64,000 bases of DNA from Podarcis pityusensis (taxonomy: Eukaryota): NCBI GenBank assembly GCA_964106645.2, contig OZ067043.1, one strand, 5' to 3'. The first letter of the stretch is position 1, and each line of letters starts with the position of its first letter. The position numbers were made by a program, and so were the translations under genes. Positions 35,344 to 64,000 of this stretch are shown here, piece after piece. Under the pieces are notes generated by a model. That model did not search any database and was not told the origin of the DNA. It saw nothing but the letters and a program-made list of their open reading frames with translations.

Positions 35344-37457
35344 GTTTAAATAATCTAATTGGTTGGGCATCTATTGAAGGAACAGTGCAGCACTTTAAGA
35401 CTGACCCAATCTGTGTTCTCCTTTGTGGTATGTTAGAAATTAAAATGGAAATATGGGAGCAAATTATGTATCTGCTGTGCAGGAGCAGCCAGCCCACATC
35501 CTTTTTGATTTTTTTTTTATTTAAGGATATGTTAAAATTTTCATCCCAAGGCACTATTAAACTGGCTTTACCTGACTCCACATGCCTTTGACAGTTATCA
35601 AATGAGTCCAAGTGTTGAGGTAACTTTTTATAGCAGACATTTGCTTCTTGGTTTTAACCTATTCCTTCTTGGGCTCATCCTTTTTCCCCTTACCCAAATT
35701 CTAGGTTATATTTATGCGCTGATCCTATAAATGTAGTAACCCTACACTTCAAATTAAACGCTATGTATTAAAAGGCTCAAATGAGACTGGATGCCTTCTG
35801 AGTCGTTTTAATTATTGCATCCAGTCTGCAAAGAACTTACTAATTTTCATCCAGTATATATGACATATTTCCTTGTAATTGAATGGTCAGGCTGCTTTGT
35901 TTCTTTTATGCATTTGACTCAGGTGAGACTGATCCTTAGCTACTCCTGGGAGTGGCTTGGTATCGCCCACCATGTTCCTCTATTTGTTTCCAGTTTATTG
36001 GTCTAGGCCCAGGGGTAAGGAACTTGCAGCCCCTCAGATGTTGCTGCACTACAGCTTCAATCAGCCTTGGCCATAGTGGTTAGACCTGATGGGAGTTGGA
36101 GTCCACCAACAATTAGAAGGCCACCTGTGTTCCCTATCCCTGTTACAAGGTGATTGCAAGGAGTTGAGCTGGGGTTTTTGACTCAGGCTGCACCATTTGC
36201 CTTTCAGTTCTTACAGGGAGCTTGTATGCCTGAGAGATCTCCCGCCACAGCTTTTCTCATAGAATCGTCTTTGCAAATGTTTAGAGACTGCAATGGTAGG
36301 CTTGGATTTAAATGCAAACTGCTTCAAGGAGTGATACCGATGAGTGACACTTAAATGTGGCTGAAAAACAAAAAAGGTCACTGTTGGCTGTGTTGGCTTT
36401 GGTTTGGATTTTTAATCACTAAAGGAATGGAACTGCTGTGTGGCAAGAGGGTGGGCCTCACCAGGCCAACAAATGTTCCTGGAAATTTAAAGTATCTCAA
36501 GTGGATTAATGTTCATGCTGCCCAGATTAATGCTGATTTACTAACAGCACATAAATGTATTAAATGGAAACTATTAAAATAATTTTATTTTAAAAAAATA
36601 TGCTAGTGAAGGTCTTTACTTTTTCTGCAACAATTCTCATAGTCACGGAGCTCTTCCTATAAATAGCATGGATTGGGTATAAGCAAGTGGACTTCACAGT
36701 TGTAATGCTCAGGTGGAGGTTTGTGAGTTGATGGGTTAACAATAGACACACTGAAATTATCAACAGGTCTATTCTTTGTATGGCTGGAAGTGATTACCAC
36801 CCTTTTTCAGCAAGTCTTAAGGACCCTTATTCCAATTCTACTTTAGTGTAGGATCTGTTGGCATACTTGTGTGATTGTGCATAATTCTGCATGCTTTGGG
36901 AACAAGTACCATTAATGTGGAAGCTTGCAATCTGAATATGCTTTGAGAAGGGATAGTTAAGGGGAACTTGGCTGCCTCCTAACCACCTTCAGTAGGGATA
37001 TGTCTGCTGTAGAACGTAGCATGGTATCTTTGCAGCCATGGGTCAACTGTATTATTACTGTTGCATAACTATCATTAGTTAGGCTGCTCTTTGTCAGGTA
37101 GAACAATACATTTCCCCTTTGTGCGGGTTCTTGAGTTATTTTTCCAAAAGACCTTGGAGTGTCCAAAAAACTTTGATCTATACATACTCCATGATTGAAG
37201 TTTTCACATCTGACCATGTTTCCTTCCCTTCTGTACTTGAGAAAACACCTCTATCACCACTGGAAGTCAATTCTCTACCGGGCCATCCTCCACTAAGTAG
37301 ATGGGGAAAGTTGCCTACTGATGATTCCATGATTCTTAGAAAAGGACTTTGAAAGTTCTTCCTGCCATATTTCCATTTTAAATAGAGGAATTGTCATAGT
37401 GAGAACAATAGTCCACCCAATTATAAATAGGTCACAGCCTTCTCATGAATGCTAGGT

Positions 37458-37463
37458 TTTATT
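37458..37463 (-). terminator. MYH7B polyadenylation signal
   Basis: Minus-strand AATAAA (tttatt on +) about 90 nt after the stop codon. Confidence 0.7.
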
Positions 37464-37551
37464 CACTACAGAGACAGTGATGGCTGTTGCAGCCATTTAC
37501 ATCTACACAATGACATACATGGTGAGAGAAGGGATGTTGCACTGCAGCTTC

Positions 37552-63590
<26,039 letters not shown>

Positions 63591-64000
63591 CTGCAAATAA
63601 TTATGTAACGATAATTGGTCAGAATTTATATTTGTTCGTTTCTGATGGTGTTACATAGCAATAATGATGATAACAACAACAACGGCGATGATGATAGTAA
63701 TAATAATTTTATTATTTATATGCCACCCAGCTGACTGTGCTTGGCGACACGGTCAAGCACAGAAAAGGGAGGGAGGCTATTTATAAAATAGAATCAGTAT
63801 GTTTCAGCTGACACTGATGAAATAGTTTCTGGATAACTAAAGACACAATCCTGTGCATATGCGCACTGAACTCAGTTGGGCTTTATTCTGAGGAAACATG
63901 CCAAGAATCAGGCTGCATGTGTCACTGCTGCTATTTGATAACTTAAGCACAGGCAATTTAAGTGACCACCACTCTTTTGCTTGAAATATATATTTTCCAC

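Overview
Vertebrate, intron-containing genomic DNA. The repeat content (Sauria SINEs with an ACCTTT tail, CR1, L2, squamate-type MITEs) points to a squamate reptile, probably a lacertid lizard (inference). The window holds the EDEM2 - TRPC4AP - MYH7B syntenic block. It contains the last 6 coding exons of EDEM2 (+, 1506-7710), the complete 19-exon TRPC4AP/TRUSS gene (+, 10053-33573, 787 aa, CpG-island promoter) and the last 29 coding exons of the convergent myosin gene MYH7B (-, 63590 to 37552, 1519 aa in window, open frame throughout). MYH7B carries the myomiR miR-499 hairpin in an intron (-, ~60168-60250). All exons were placed by hand using GT-AG sites and frame continuity. Gene identities come from my recollection of the human orthologues, not from a database search. 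Most entries in the ORF track are intronic, antisense or CpG-island artefacts. I found no clearly novel protein system. The most unusual candidate is an 11-nt perfect complement of miR-499-5p on the TRPC4AP-sense strand between the two convergent 3' ends. Weaker candidates are a young SINE beside the pre-miRNA, a stop-free in-frame 93-nt myosin intron, a possible poison microexon, and -EE C-termini.
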